From assembly GCF_053078305.1 (NCBI RefSeq), contig NZ_CP166879.1: a stretch of 64,000 bases of DNA. One strand, 5' to 3'. Both the position numbers and the translations under genes were made by a program. Shown piece by piece: positions 54,031-64,000 of the stretch. The notes below the pieces were generated by a model, which saw nothing but the letters and a program-made list of their open reading frames with translations, made no database searches and was not told the origin of the DNA. Position 1 is the first letter of the stretch. Each line of letters starts with the position of its first letter.

Positions 54031-54528
54031 TTACCCCTGTGTCTCTTCCCAGTCTGCCAGCGTATATAGCGTTGCCCCAGCAGCTGACATCTCCATAAAC
54101 GCGTGCGCACTGTCCTGTGGCTGGATATTCACGCCACGACAACCATCGGTAATCACGTTTACCTTATAACCTAACTGTAACGCGTCCAGCACGGTAAACT
54201 TCACGCAATAGTCAGTAGCCAGGCCCATAACGATCAATTCATCGATTTCATGATCGCGTAACCAGTCATCGAGAGAGGTTTTCTGCCGACGGCCGTTATC
54301 AAAAAAGGCACTGTAACTGTCAACTAAAGGATTTTCGCCTTTATGGAACACCGCTGCGATCGCTTTTTGGTGCAGTAACGGATGTAATACCGCTTCACCG
54401 CGCGACTGGCACCAGTCAATCAGGCGGTTAGCGACATCCACCGTACTGTCACCTTCCGGCACGGCGAGCGCGCCACCAGCACAGAAATCATTTTGTAAAT
54501 CGACCAGTAACAGGGCGCGAGGGGGCAT
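54031..54528 (-). CDS. pncA: Nicotinamidase/pyrazinamidase PncA, internally shortened allele (165 aa)
   Basis: ATG 54526-54528 with AAGGAG Shine-Dalgarno; isochorismatase-like N-terminus VDLQNDFC; product jumps from ...SRGEAV to LHPLLHQK..., skipping the segment that carries the metal-binding His residues in homologues. Confidence 0.8.
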   Translation of the reverse strand: MPPRALLLVDLQNDFCAGGALAVPEGDSTVDVANRLIDWCQSRGEAVLHPLLHQKAIAAVFHKGENPLVDSYSAFFDNGRRQKTSLDDWLRDHEIDELIVMGLATDYCVKFTVLDALQLGYKVNVITDGCRGVNIQPQDSAHAFMEMSAAGATLYTLADWEETQG

Positions 54529-54538
54529 TGCAGTCTCC

Positions 54539-55555
54539 TTAATCATCCGGCGTCAGTTCGCCGCGCAGGTTTTGGCTCATGGCCTTGCGAATGGTTTCAG
54601 TATCCAGTTCCTGGCTAAGCAGGTAATGCAGTTTGGTTAGCGTGGCTTCTACAGTCATATCTGCACCGCCAATAACGCCAGCATGGGCGAGGGCGTTACC
54701 GGTGGCATAACCACCCATATTCACTTTACCGGACATACATTGTGTCAGGTTGACCACCACAATACCGCGATCGCTGGCTTCTTGTAATTCCTGCAGGAAG
54801 GCTTTGTTTTGTGGCGCATTACCCACGCCATATGAGCGCAGAATCAATGCTTTCACCGGTTGGCGCAGAAAATTGCGCACGACGTCAGCAGAAATCCCTG
54901 GATAAATCGTCACTACGCCAATTGGTTGTGGGGTGATTGGATGAACGATTAATTCCCCTTCACCGTGCGGGGCGGGTGGCGTATTCAAACGACGAATATG
55001 GATACCTGCTTCCAGTAACGGAGGAAGGTTTGGAGAGGCAAACGCATCAAAACCATCGGCATGGGCTTTGGTAGTGCGGTTGCCGCGATACAATCGGTTA
55101 TTGAAAAAGAGCGTTACTTCGTTGATCGGATAATTCGCCGCAACGTACAACGCATTCAGGAGATTAATTTGTCCGTCAGAGCGTAACTCAGCTAGCGGGA
55201 TTTGTGACCCTGTCACAATGACCGGTTTACCGAGATTTTCGAGCATGAACGACAGCGCAGAGGCGGTATACGCCATCGTGTCGGTGCCGTGCAGAATGAC
55301 AAAACCATCATAGTCGTCATAGTGCGCTTTAATATCTTCAGCAATATGCTGCCAGTCTTCCGGCGTCATATCTGAAGAATCCATCAGCGGCGTATATTCA
55401 TGAATGGTGAAATCTGGCATCTCCGGGCGATGGAATTCCGGCATCAGCGCCAGTTGGCGTTGTAGATGACCTGACACCGGAATATAACCCTGCTCGGAAC
55501 GCTGCATCCCGATGGTCCCGCCCGTGTAGGCAACGTAAATTGATTTCTTTTGCAT
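54539..55555 (-). CDS. ansA: L-asparaginase 1 (cytoplasmic)
   Basis: 338 aa from ATG 55553-55555; catalytic TGGTIGM motif; track ORF has 47 extra codons. Confidence 0.95.
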   Translation of the reverse strand: MQKKSIYVAYTGGTIGMQRSEQGYIPVSGHLQRQLALMPEFHRPEMPDFTIHEYTPLMDSSDMTPEDWQHIAEDIKAHYDDYDGFVILHGTDTMAYTASALSFMLENLGKPVIVTGSQIPLAELRSDGQINLLNALYVAANYPINEVTLFFNNRLYRGNRTTKAHADGFDAFASPNLPPLLEAGIHIRRLNTPPAPHGEGELIVHPITPQPIGVVTIYPGISADVVRNFLRQPVKALILRSYGVGNAPQNKAFLQELQEASDRGIVVVNLTQCMSGKVNMGGYATGNALAHAGVIGGADMTVEATLTKLHYLLSQELDTETIRKAMSQNLRGELTPDD

Positions 55556-55708
55556 GATATTGATATGAATGATATCGAAAGAGCAAAAGTATATACGTGA
55601 GGCAGGGGGAGCGCACCTGATACTATGCGGATAAGGAAATATGGGGCGAGACAGCGGGAAGAGGATTAAAAATATGGCCGACGATCTGTCGGCCACTCAG
55701 TACAAGAC

Positions 55709-57565
55709 TTAACGCACGTTGGCGCAGGTCAGGCAAAACGCATAACGGTTTTGTGGGTCGTTAAACGCGGCCAGCTTGTCACTTTCACTTTTAACGATAG
55801 AGGCTACCGAGGCAAGCGGTGCAGGTAACATGGCCTGGAACGCATCTGGCAACATTGCCCGGACAGAACCAGACATGTTGTCCATCACTTTGTCGAAGAA
55901 GGTCGGTTCATCAACGTAATATTCCAGATGCCACTGTTTCACTTTTGCCAGCTCTGCTGCTTTGGCGACCGCATCATCGAAATCCCCGAGACTATCGACC
56001 AGCCCATTAGCTTTTGCATCCTGACCGGTCCAGACGTGGCCCTGGGCGATTTTATCAATCTGCTCCGGCGTCGAATGACGCGCATCAGCAACCAGCGTGA
56101 TAAAGCGTTTATAGCCATTCTCAATGCTTAACTGCATCATCTGCTGCGCTTCCGGCGGCAGTGCCCTGGTGATAGAAACATCTGCCAGCGGTGAAGTTGA
56201 GACACCATCAGTATGAACACCAATCGAATCCAGACTATTTTCTACGGTGGTGATCACGCCGAAGATACCGATAGAACCGGTCAGGGTGCTGGGGTTAGCC
56301 ACAATGTAATTAGCTGGCGTAGAAATCCAGTAACCACCAGATGCCGCCATGCCGCCCATCGATACAACCACAGGCTTACCCGCTGCCCGGGCTGCTGCCA
56401 GTTCAGCGCGAATCACTTCAGACGCGGTAACGCTGCCGCCTGGGCTATTAACACGCAGGACAATCGCTTTCACTTTCGGGTCAAGGCGAGCGTCGCGGAT
56501 TTGTGCCGCAGTGGTATCACCGCCAACATTCCCCTGAGTTTCCTCGCCATCCATAATTGCGCCATTAGCGAAGACGACACCGATGCTGTCACCGGTATCT
56601 GCCGGCGTTTTCAATGCGTAATCGTAATAACTGATGGCGCGATAATTTTTATCAGTCTTACTCCAGCCGAACTCTTTGGTCAGTGCTTTTTCGATTTCCG
56701 CACTCGATGCCAGTGCATCGACCAGCTTGTTTTCCAGTGCATATTTCGCGGTATCGCCACCGGTTTTGGTTAAACCCTCAAGCAACCCTTGCGCGCCAGG
56801 GAATACCTGCTGAGCAGGGATCTGCCGGTTAGCGGCAACAGTATTCAGATAGTTTTGCCACAGCTCACCAATCCAGCGGCTGTCAGCTTCGCGGGCTGCC
56901 GGTGACATGTCATCACGAATAAACGGTTCAACGGCAGATTTATACGTACCCACGCGGAACACATGGGTGGAAACTTTCAGCTTATCCAGCAACGATTTGT
57001 AGTACAGACCGTTGGTAGCAAAACCGTGCAAATCCACCACGCCTTGCGGTGACAGCCAAATTTTATTGGCGAAACTGGCGAGATAATATTGCCCCTGGCT
57101 GTAGTTCTCGCCAACGGCATAAACCGGTTTCCCGCTGTCACGAAACTCTTTCAGGGCTTTGCCGATGTACTGCATAGACGGCTGGTCGCCGCCTGCGAAG
57201 TTTTTCAGATCCATCACGATACCGGTGATATTGCGGTCGTCCTTCGCCTGGCGAATGGTGTTGACGATATCAAACAGTGAGTTTTCCTGCAGACGATCGG
57301 AACTGGCACCAAGTAGTTGGCGGCTTAATTTACTAAACCGCTGAGAACTGTCGGGTTTATCGACGATTACACCAGAAATGTCCAGCAGCAGTGCACCACG
57401 ACTGGCCGTTTCTTTCGAATCACCACCACTGACCTGCATCCAGATCCCCACACCAACCAGCACGAGAAAAATAAAGAACAGGTTAAGTACCATTTCACGG
57501 ACGAAATTCAGCAGACGCCACGTCCATTTAAAAAATCCGGCAATAAATCGCCAAAGGGTTCGCAT
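55709..57565 (-). CDS. sppA: Signal peptide peptidase SppA (protease IV)
   Basis: 618 aa from ATG 57563-57565; track ORF has 48 extra codons. Confidence 0.93.
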   Translation of the reverse strand: MRTLWRFIAGFFKWTWRLLNFVREMVLNLFFIFLVLVGVGIWMQVSGGDSKETASRGALLLDISGVIVDKPDSSQRFSKLSRQLLGASSDRLQENSLFDIVNTIRQAKDDRNITGIVMDLKNFAGGDQPSMQYIGKALKEFRDSGKPVYAVGENYSQGQYYLASFANKIWLSPQGVVDLHGFATNGLYYKSLLDKLKVSTHVFRVGTYKSAVEPFIRDDMSPAAREADSRWIGELWQNYLNTVAANRQIPAQQVFPGAQGLLEGLTKTGGDTAKYALENKLVDALASSAEIEKALTKEFGWSKTDKNYRAISYYDYALKTPADTGDSIGVVFANGAIMDGEETQGNVGGDTTAAQIRDARLDPKVKAIVLRVNSPGGSVTASEVIRAELAAARAAGKPVVVSMGGMAASGGYWISTPANYIVANPSTLTGSIGIFGVITTVENSLDSIGVHTDGVSTSPLADVSITRALPPEAQQMMQLSIENGYKRFITLVADARHSTPEQIDKIAQGHVWTGQDAKANGLVDSLGDFDDAVAKAAELAKVKQWHLEYYVDEPTFFDKVMDNMSGSVRAMLPDAFQAMLPAPLASVASIVKSESDKLAAFNDPQNRYAFCLTCANVR

Positions 57566-57725
57566 GTATTCTCCCAACTTAAGGTCACACCTGTCACAGG
57601 CGCAATAGATGTGGTTATCGTAATGACCCAACCGACACTTGTCAGCAGGAATTGCGGACTGTGCTGTAACAAAATCCACTCTCGTGTTAATTTTGTGAAT
57701 AAATATCATGACAGGAGTTAATCAA

Positions 57726-58277
57726 ATGGATGCACTCGAACTATTGATCAATCGCCGTAGCGCCTCCCGCCTGGCTGAACCCGCGCCAACGGGTGAACAA
57801 CTGCAAAACATCCTGCGTGCGGGTATGCGTGCGCCGGACCATAAGTCCATGCAACCGTGGCATTTTTTTGTGATTGAAGGGGAAGGGCGCGAGCGTTTCA
57901 GCGCCGTACTGGAGCAGGGGGCGATTGCTGCCGGTAGTGATGACAAAGCCATCGACAAAGCGCGTAATGCGCCGTTCCGCGCACCGCTCATCATCACGGT
58001 GGTGGCGAAATGCGAAGAAAATCATAAAGTCCCGCGCTGGGAACAGGAAATGTCTGCCGGATGCGCGGTCATGGCGATGCAAATGGCAGCCGTTGCCCAG
58101 GGTTTTGGCGGCATCTGGCGCAGTGGCGCATTAACTGAAAGCCCGGTAGTGCGTGAAGCATTCGGTTGCCGTGAGCAGGATAAAATTGTCGGTTTTCTCT
58201 ACCTCGGTACGCCGCAGTTGAAAGCATCTACGTCGATAAACGTCCCGGACCCGACGCCGTTTGTGACTTATTTCTGA
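57726..58277 (+). CDS. ydjA: NAD(P)H nitroreductase-family protein YdjA
   Basis: 183 aa from ATG 57726; divergent from sppA. Confidence 0.9.
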   Translation: MDALELLINRRSASRLAEPAPTGEQLQNILRAGMRAPDHKSMQPWHFFVIEGEGRERFSAVLEQGAIAAGSDDKAIDKARNAPFRAPLIITVVAKCEENHKVPRWEQEMSAGCAVMAMQMAAVAQGFGGIWRSGALTESPVVREAFGCREQDKIVGFLYLGTPQLKASTSINVPDPTPFVTYF

Positions 58278-58393
58278 TAATTGTCGCGAAACTGTCTGGA
58301 TTGTGAGCAAAGGCGCAGGAATTCAGACACTCTCACTTATCACTTCACGGAATGAGGGTTACCATACCCGGATTGCATTGACAGGAGATGTCC

Positions 58394-59437
58394 ATGAGCG
58401 AGAACTCGATTCGTTTGACCCAATACAGCCACGGAGCTGGTTGCGGCTGTAAAATTTCCCCAAAAGTGTTGGAAACCATCCTGCACAGTGAGCAGGCGAA
58501 GTTTGTTGATCCGAATTTGCTTGTGGGTAATGAAACCCGCGACGATGCGGCGGTGTACGATCTGGGCAATGGCACCAGCGTTATCAGTACCACCGACTTC
58601 TTTATGCCGATCGTTGATAATCCTTTCGATTTTGGCCGCATTGCGGCGACTAACGCCATCAGCGATATCTTCGCGATGGGGGGCAAACCGATTATGGCGA
58701 TTGCGATCCTCGGCTGGCCGATTAACAAACTTTCCCCAGAAATTGCCCGCGAAGTAACCGAAGGTGGACGCTATGCATGCCGTCAGGCGGGTATTGCGCT
58801 GGCTGGCGGTCACTCCATCGATGCGCCGGAGCCGATTTTTGGTCTGGCGGTAACGGGGATCGTACCGACCGAGCGGGTGAAGAAAAACAGTACCGCACAA
58901 GCCGGATGCAAACTGTTCCTGACGAAACCGCTGGGGATCGGCGTTCTTACCACGGCTGAGAAAAAATCACTGTTGAAACCAGAACATCAGGGACTGGCGA
59001 CGGAAGTGATGTGCCGGATGAACATCGCAGGTGCGTCCTTTGCCAACATCGAAGGCGTAAAAGCGATGACCGACGTTACTGGTTTTGGTCTGCTGGGCCA
59101 TTTGAGCGAAATGTGTCAGGGCGCAGGTGTGCAGGCGCGCGTTGACTATGACGCGATCCCGAAATTGCCGGGGGTTGAAGAGTACATTAAGTTGGGCGCA
59201 GTGCCTGGCGGCACCGAACGTAACTTTGCCAGCTACGGTCATCTGATGGGTGAAATGCCGCGTGAAGTGCGCGATTTGCTGTGCGATCCGCAAACTTCTG
59301 GCGGTTTGCTGCTGGCGGTCATGCCGGGAGCAGAAAATGAGGTTAAAACTACAGCCGCCGAGTTTGGCATTGAACTGACGGCGATTGGCGAACTGGTGCC
59401 AGCGCGCGGCGGTCGTGCCATGGTTGAGATCCGTTAA
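58394..59437 (+). CDS. selD: Selenide, water dikinase (selenophosphate synthase)
   Basis: 347 aa from second ATG; glycine-rich GAGCGCK N-terminal segment. Confidence 0.95.
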   Translation: MSENSIRLTQYSHGAGCGCKISPKVLETILHSEQAKFVDPNLLVGNETRDDAAVYDLGNGTSVISTTDFFMPIVDNPFDFGRIAATNAISDIFAMGGKPIMAIAILGWPINKLSPEIAREVTEGGRYACRQAGIALAGGHSIDAPEPIFGLAVTGIVPTERVKKNSTAQAGCKLFLTKPLGIGVLTTAEKKSLLKPEHQGLATEVMCRMNIAGASFANIEGVKAMTDVTGFGLLGHLSEMCQGAGVQARVDYDAIPKLPGVEEYIKLGAVPGGTERNFASYGHLMGEMPREVRDLLCDPQTSGGLLLAVMPGAENEVKTTAAEFGIELTAIGELVPARGGRAMVEIR

Positions 59438-59441
59438 TTCA

Positions 59442-61403
59442 ATGCGGTTGTTTATTGCCGAAAAACCGAGTCTGGCGCGCGCCATTGCGGATGTCCTGCC
59501 CAAACCGCACCGTAAAGGCGATGGCTTTATCGAGTGCGGTAATGGTCAGGTGGTGACCTGGTGTATCGGTCACCTGCTTGAGCAGGCGCAGCCAGACGCC
59601 TACGACAGCCGCTATGCGCGCTGGAATCTTGCGGATTTGCCGATTGTCCCGGAAAAGTGGCAATTACAGCCCCGACCCTCCGTGACCAAACAACTTAACG
59701 TCATCAAACGGTACCTGCATGAAGCCAGCGAAATCGTTCACGCCGGGGACCCGGATCGCGAAGGGCAACTGCTGGTGGATGAAGTGCTGGACTATCTACA
59801 ACTGGCACCGGAAAAGCGCCAGCAGGTGCAGCGTTGCTTGATAAACGACCTGAACCCGCAGGCGGTTGAGCGGGCGATCGACCGTCTTCGTTCCAACAGT
59901 GAGTTTGTACCGCTGTGCGTTTCTGCGCTGGCGCGAGCGCGTGCCGACTGGCTATACGGCATCAACATGACCCGTGCGTATACCATTCTCGGTCGCAATG
60001 CCGGTTATCAGGGCGTACTTTCCGTGGGACGCGTGCAGACACCCGTGCTCGGGCTGGTGGTGCGCCGCGATGAAGAGATTGAAAACTTCGTGGCGAAAGA
60101 CTTCTTTGAAGTCAAAGCGCATATCGTGACACCTGCCGATGAGCGGTTTACCGCTATCTGGCAACCGAGCGAAGCGTGTGAACCGTACCAGGATGAAGAA
60201 GGGCGCTTGTTACATCGTCCACTGGCGGAGCATGTGGTTAACCGCATTAGTGGTCAACCGGCTATAGTCACTAGCTATAACGATAAACGGGAATCAGAAT
60301 CCGCGCCGCTGCCTTTTTCGCTTTCGGCGTTGCAGATTGAAGCGGCAAAACGTTTTGCTCTGAGTGCGCAGAACGTGCTTGATATCTGCCAGAAGCTGTA
60401 CGAAACACACAAGCTAATCACTTATCCGCGTTCCGATTGTCGCTATTTGCCAGAAGAACATTTTGCCGGACGCCACGCGGTGATGAATGCCATCAGCGTT
60501 CATGCACCAGATCTGTTGCCGCAGCCAGTGGTAGATCCAGATATACGCAACCGCTGTTGGGATGACAAAAAGGTCGATGCGCACCACGCCATCATCCCGA
60601 CCGCACGGAGTTCTGCGATCAACCTGACGGAGAACGAAGCGAAGGTCTATAACCTTATTGCCCGTCAGTACTTGATGCAGTTCTGCCCGGATGCGGTGTT
60701 CCGCAAGTGTGTTATCGAACTGGACATTGCCAAAGGCAAATTTGTCGCTAAAGCGCGTTTTCTTGCTGAAGCAGGTTGGCGCGCGCTGTTAGGCAGCAAA
60801 GAGCGCGATGAAGAAAACGACGGCACGCCACTGCCTGTGGTGGCGAAAGGCGATGAGTTGCTGTGTGAAAAAGGTGAAGTGGTAGAGCGGCAAACCCAGC
60901 CGCCTCGCCATTTTACCGATGCAACACTGCTTTCGGCGATGACCGGGATCGCGCGCTTTGTGCAGGACAAAGATCTGAAAAAGATCCTTCGTGCGACCGA
61001 TGGTCTGGGGACAGAAGCAACGCGTGCCGGGATTATTGAACTGTTGTTCAAGCGTGGTTTCCTCACCAAAAAAGGGCGCTATATCCACTCCACCGACGCC
61101 GGAAAAGCGTTATTCCATTCGCTGCCAGAAATGGCTACGCGACCGGACATGACCGCGCACTGGGAATCGGTGCTGACGCAAATCAGCGAAAAGCAGTGTC
61201 GCTATCAGGACTTTATGCAGCCGCTGGTGGGGACGCTATATCAGCTTATTGATCAAGCCAAACGTACTCCGGTGCGGCAGTTTCGCGGCATTGTGGCTCC
61301 GGGCAGTGGTGGCAGTGCTGATAAGAAAAAGGCTGCACCGCGTAAACGTAGTGCGAAAAAAAGTCCGCCAGCAGATGAAGCCGGAAGCGGGGCGATAGCG
61401 TAA
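59442..61403 (+). CDS. topB: DNA topoisomerase III
   Basis: 653 aa from ATG 59442, 4 nt after selD stop; Toprim N-terminus and Lys-rich C-terminal tail. Confidence 0.95.
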   Translation: MRLFIAEKPSLARAIADVLPKPHRKGDGFIECGNGQVVTWCIGHLLEQAQPDAYDSRYARWNLADLPIVPEKWQLQPRPSVTKQLNVIKRYLHEASEIVHAGDPDREGQLLVDEVLDYLQLAPEKRQQVQRCLINDLNPQAVERAIDRLRSNSEFVPLCVSALARARADWLYGINMTRAYTILGRNAGYQGVLSVGRVQTPVLGLVVRRDEEIENFVAKDFFEVKAHIVTPADERFTAIWQPSEACEPYQDEEGRLLHRPLAEHVVNRISGQPAIVTSYNDKRESESAPLPFSLSALQIEAAKRFALSAQNVLDICQKLYETHKLITYPRSDCRYLPEEHFAGRHAVMNAISVHAPDLLPQPVVDPDIRNRCWDDKKVDAHHAIIPTARSSAINLTENEAKVYNLIARQYLMQFCPDAVFRKCVIELDIAKGKFVAKARFLAEAGWRALLGSKERDEENDGTPLPVVAKGDELLCEKGEVVERQTQPPRHFTDATLLSAMTGIARFVQDKDLKKILRATDGLGTEATRAGIIELLFKRGFLTKKGRYIHSTDAGKALFHSLPEMATRPDMTAHWESVLTQISEKQCRYQDFMQPLVGTLYQLIDQAKRTPVRQFRGIVAPGSGGSADKKKAAPRKRSAKKSPPADEAGSGAIA

Positions 61404-61530
61404 GCGAGCGAATCTTTCGTGCTATTCGAGTCATATTCTGAAATATCCAGCGGATCAAGAAAATTCGTTGGATATTTTTTTTGCATGGATAAAATTATCG
61501 CCTCTAAAGTATGTAATAACAGGGAATGTG

Positions 61531-62571
61531 ATGAAAAAAGTTTTATTACAAAACCATCCTGGGAGCGAGAAGTATTCTTTTAATGGCTGGGAAATATTTA
61601 ATAGTAATTTTGAACGGATGATTAAAGAAAATAAGACCATGCTGCTTTGTAAGTGGGGGTTTTATTTAACATGTGTTGTCGCTGTAATGTTTGTATTCGC
61701 AGCGATAACATCCAACGGTTTGAATGAAAGAGGCCTGATTACCGCGGGATGCTCTTTTCTTTATCTATTAATTATGATGGGGCTTATTGTTCGGGCCGGT
61801 TTTAAAGCAAAAAAAGAACAGCTGCATTATTATCAGGCTAAAGGTATTGAGCCGCTCAGTATCGAGAAATTACAGGCGCTACAATTGATCGCACCTTATC
61901 GATTCTATCATAAGCAATGGTCTGAAACGCTGGAGTTCTGGCCGCGAAAGCCTGAACCTGGCAAAGATACCTTCCAATATCATGTGCTTCCTTTTGACTC
62001 GATCGATATCATAAGTAAAAGACGCGAGTCTTTAGAGGATCAATGGGGTATCGAAGATAGCGAAAGTTATTGTGCCTTAATGGAGCATTTTCTTTCTGGC
62101 GACCATGGAGCCAATACCTTTAAAGCAAACATGGAGGAAGCCCCAGAGCAGGTTATCGCCTTGTTGAATAAATTTGCTGTTTTTCCCTCAGACTATATCT
62201 CTGATTGCGCTAATAATCGCTCCGGTAAATCCTCGGCGAAGCTAATATGGGCGGCGGAATTATCATGGATGATCTCGATATCAAGCACAGCTTTTCAAAA
62301 CGGGACAATTGAAGAAGAACTGGCCTGGCATTATATAATGCTTGCTTCTCGAAAGGCGCACGAGTTGTTCGAAAGCGAAGAAGATGATCAAAAAAATAGT
62401 CTAATGGGATTTCTTTACTGGCATATCTGCTGCTATCGCAGAAAGTTAACGGATGCTGAACTTGAAGCGTGTTATCATTACGATAAGCAGTTTTGGGAGC
62501 ACTACAGTAAGAAATGCCGTTGGCCCATAAGAAATGTTCCCTGGGGAGCATCATCTGTTAAATACTCATAA
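61531..62571 (+). CDS. ynjI: DUF1266 protein YnjI
   Basis: 346 aa from ATG 61531; AT-rich coding sequence. Confidence 0.85.
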   Translation: MKKVLLQNHPGSEKYSFNGWEIFNSNFERMIKENKTMLLCKWGFYLTCVVAVMFVFAAITSNGLNERGLITAGCSFLYLLIMMGLIVRAGFKAKKEQLHYYQAKGIEPLSIEKLQALQLIAPYRFYHKQWSETLEFWPRKPEPGKDTFQYHVLPFDSIDIISKRRESLEDQWGIEDSESYCALMEHFLSGDHGANTFKANMEEAPEQVIALLNKFAVFPSDYISDCANNRSGKSSAKLIWAAELSWMISISSTAFQNGTIEEELAWHYIMLASRKAHELFESEEDDQKNSLMGFLYWHICCYRRKLTDAELEACYHYDKQFWEHYSKKCRWPIRNVPWGASSVKYS

Positions 62572-62585
62572 ACGCCTGAAATTTT

Positions 62586-62678
62586 GCCGGGGGCGCTGCG
62601 CTTGCCCGGCCTACATTAGAGCGTAACTGCAATGAATTGTGCCCATTTGTAGGCCTGATAAGCGTAGCGCCATCAGGC
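62586..62678. repeat. Pair of REP (palindromic unit) elements between ynjI and gdhA
   Basis: GCCGGGGGCGCTGCGCTTGCCCGGCCTACA and TGTAGGCCTGATAAGCGTAGCGCCATCAGGC in opposite orientation. Confidence 0.7.
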
Positions 62679-62687
62679 ATTTACAAC

Positions 62688-64000
<1,313 letters not shown>

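Noticed and set aside
58340-58900. 186-aa ORF antisense to selD
   Set aside because: Embedded opposite selD; no independent signals.

Overview
This 64 kb window reads as a contiguous, gene-dense enterobacterial (Escherichia coli K-12-like) core-chromosome segment, and I found no convincing novel biological system in it. Gene order is mntP - yobD - manZYX - yoaE - pdeD - sdaA - nudL - pabB - yoaH/C/B/A - tsaB - yeaY - fadD - rnd - yeaXWV - yeaU/yeaT - leuE - yeaR-yoaG - yeaQ - yoaJ/yoaK - dgcP - yoaF - yeaO - yeaN/yeaM - yeaL - yoaI - yeaK - dgcJ - cdgI - yeaH-yeaG - mipA - yeaE - yeaD-gapA - msrB-yeaC - ydjLKJIHG - ydjF - ydjE - pncA-ansA - sppA - ydjA - selD-topB - ynjI - gdhA (truncated at the window end). 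I support about 63 protein-coding genes, several intrinsic terminators, a REP pair and several candidate operator sites. I saw no rRNA, tRNA, CRISPR array, IS element or prophage. All identifications are from reading the translations and DNA; no database search or alignment was run, and reference protein lengths are quoted from memory. The most notable anomaly is pncA: its frame encodes only 165 residues and appears to lack the internal metal-binding segment of canonical nicotinamidases, consistent with a roughly 48-codon in-frame deletion. Secondary points are start-codon ambiguities at cdgI and yeaV, three tiny membrane-protein genes missed by the ORF track (yoaJ, yoaK, yoaI), a cluster of four c-di-GMP genes with an AT-rich dgcJ-cdgI block, and the poorly characterised ydjLKJIHG-ydjF-ydjE sugar-catabolic cluster.
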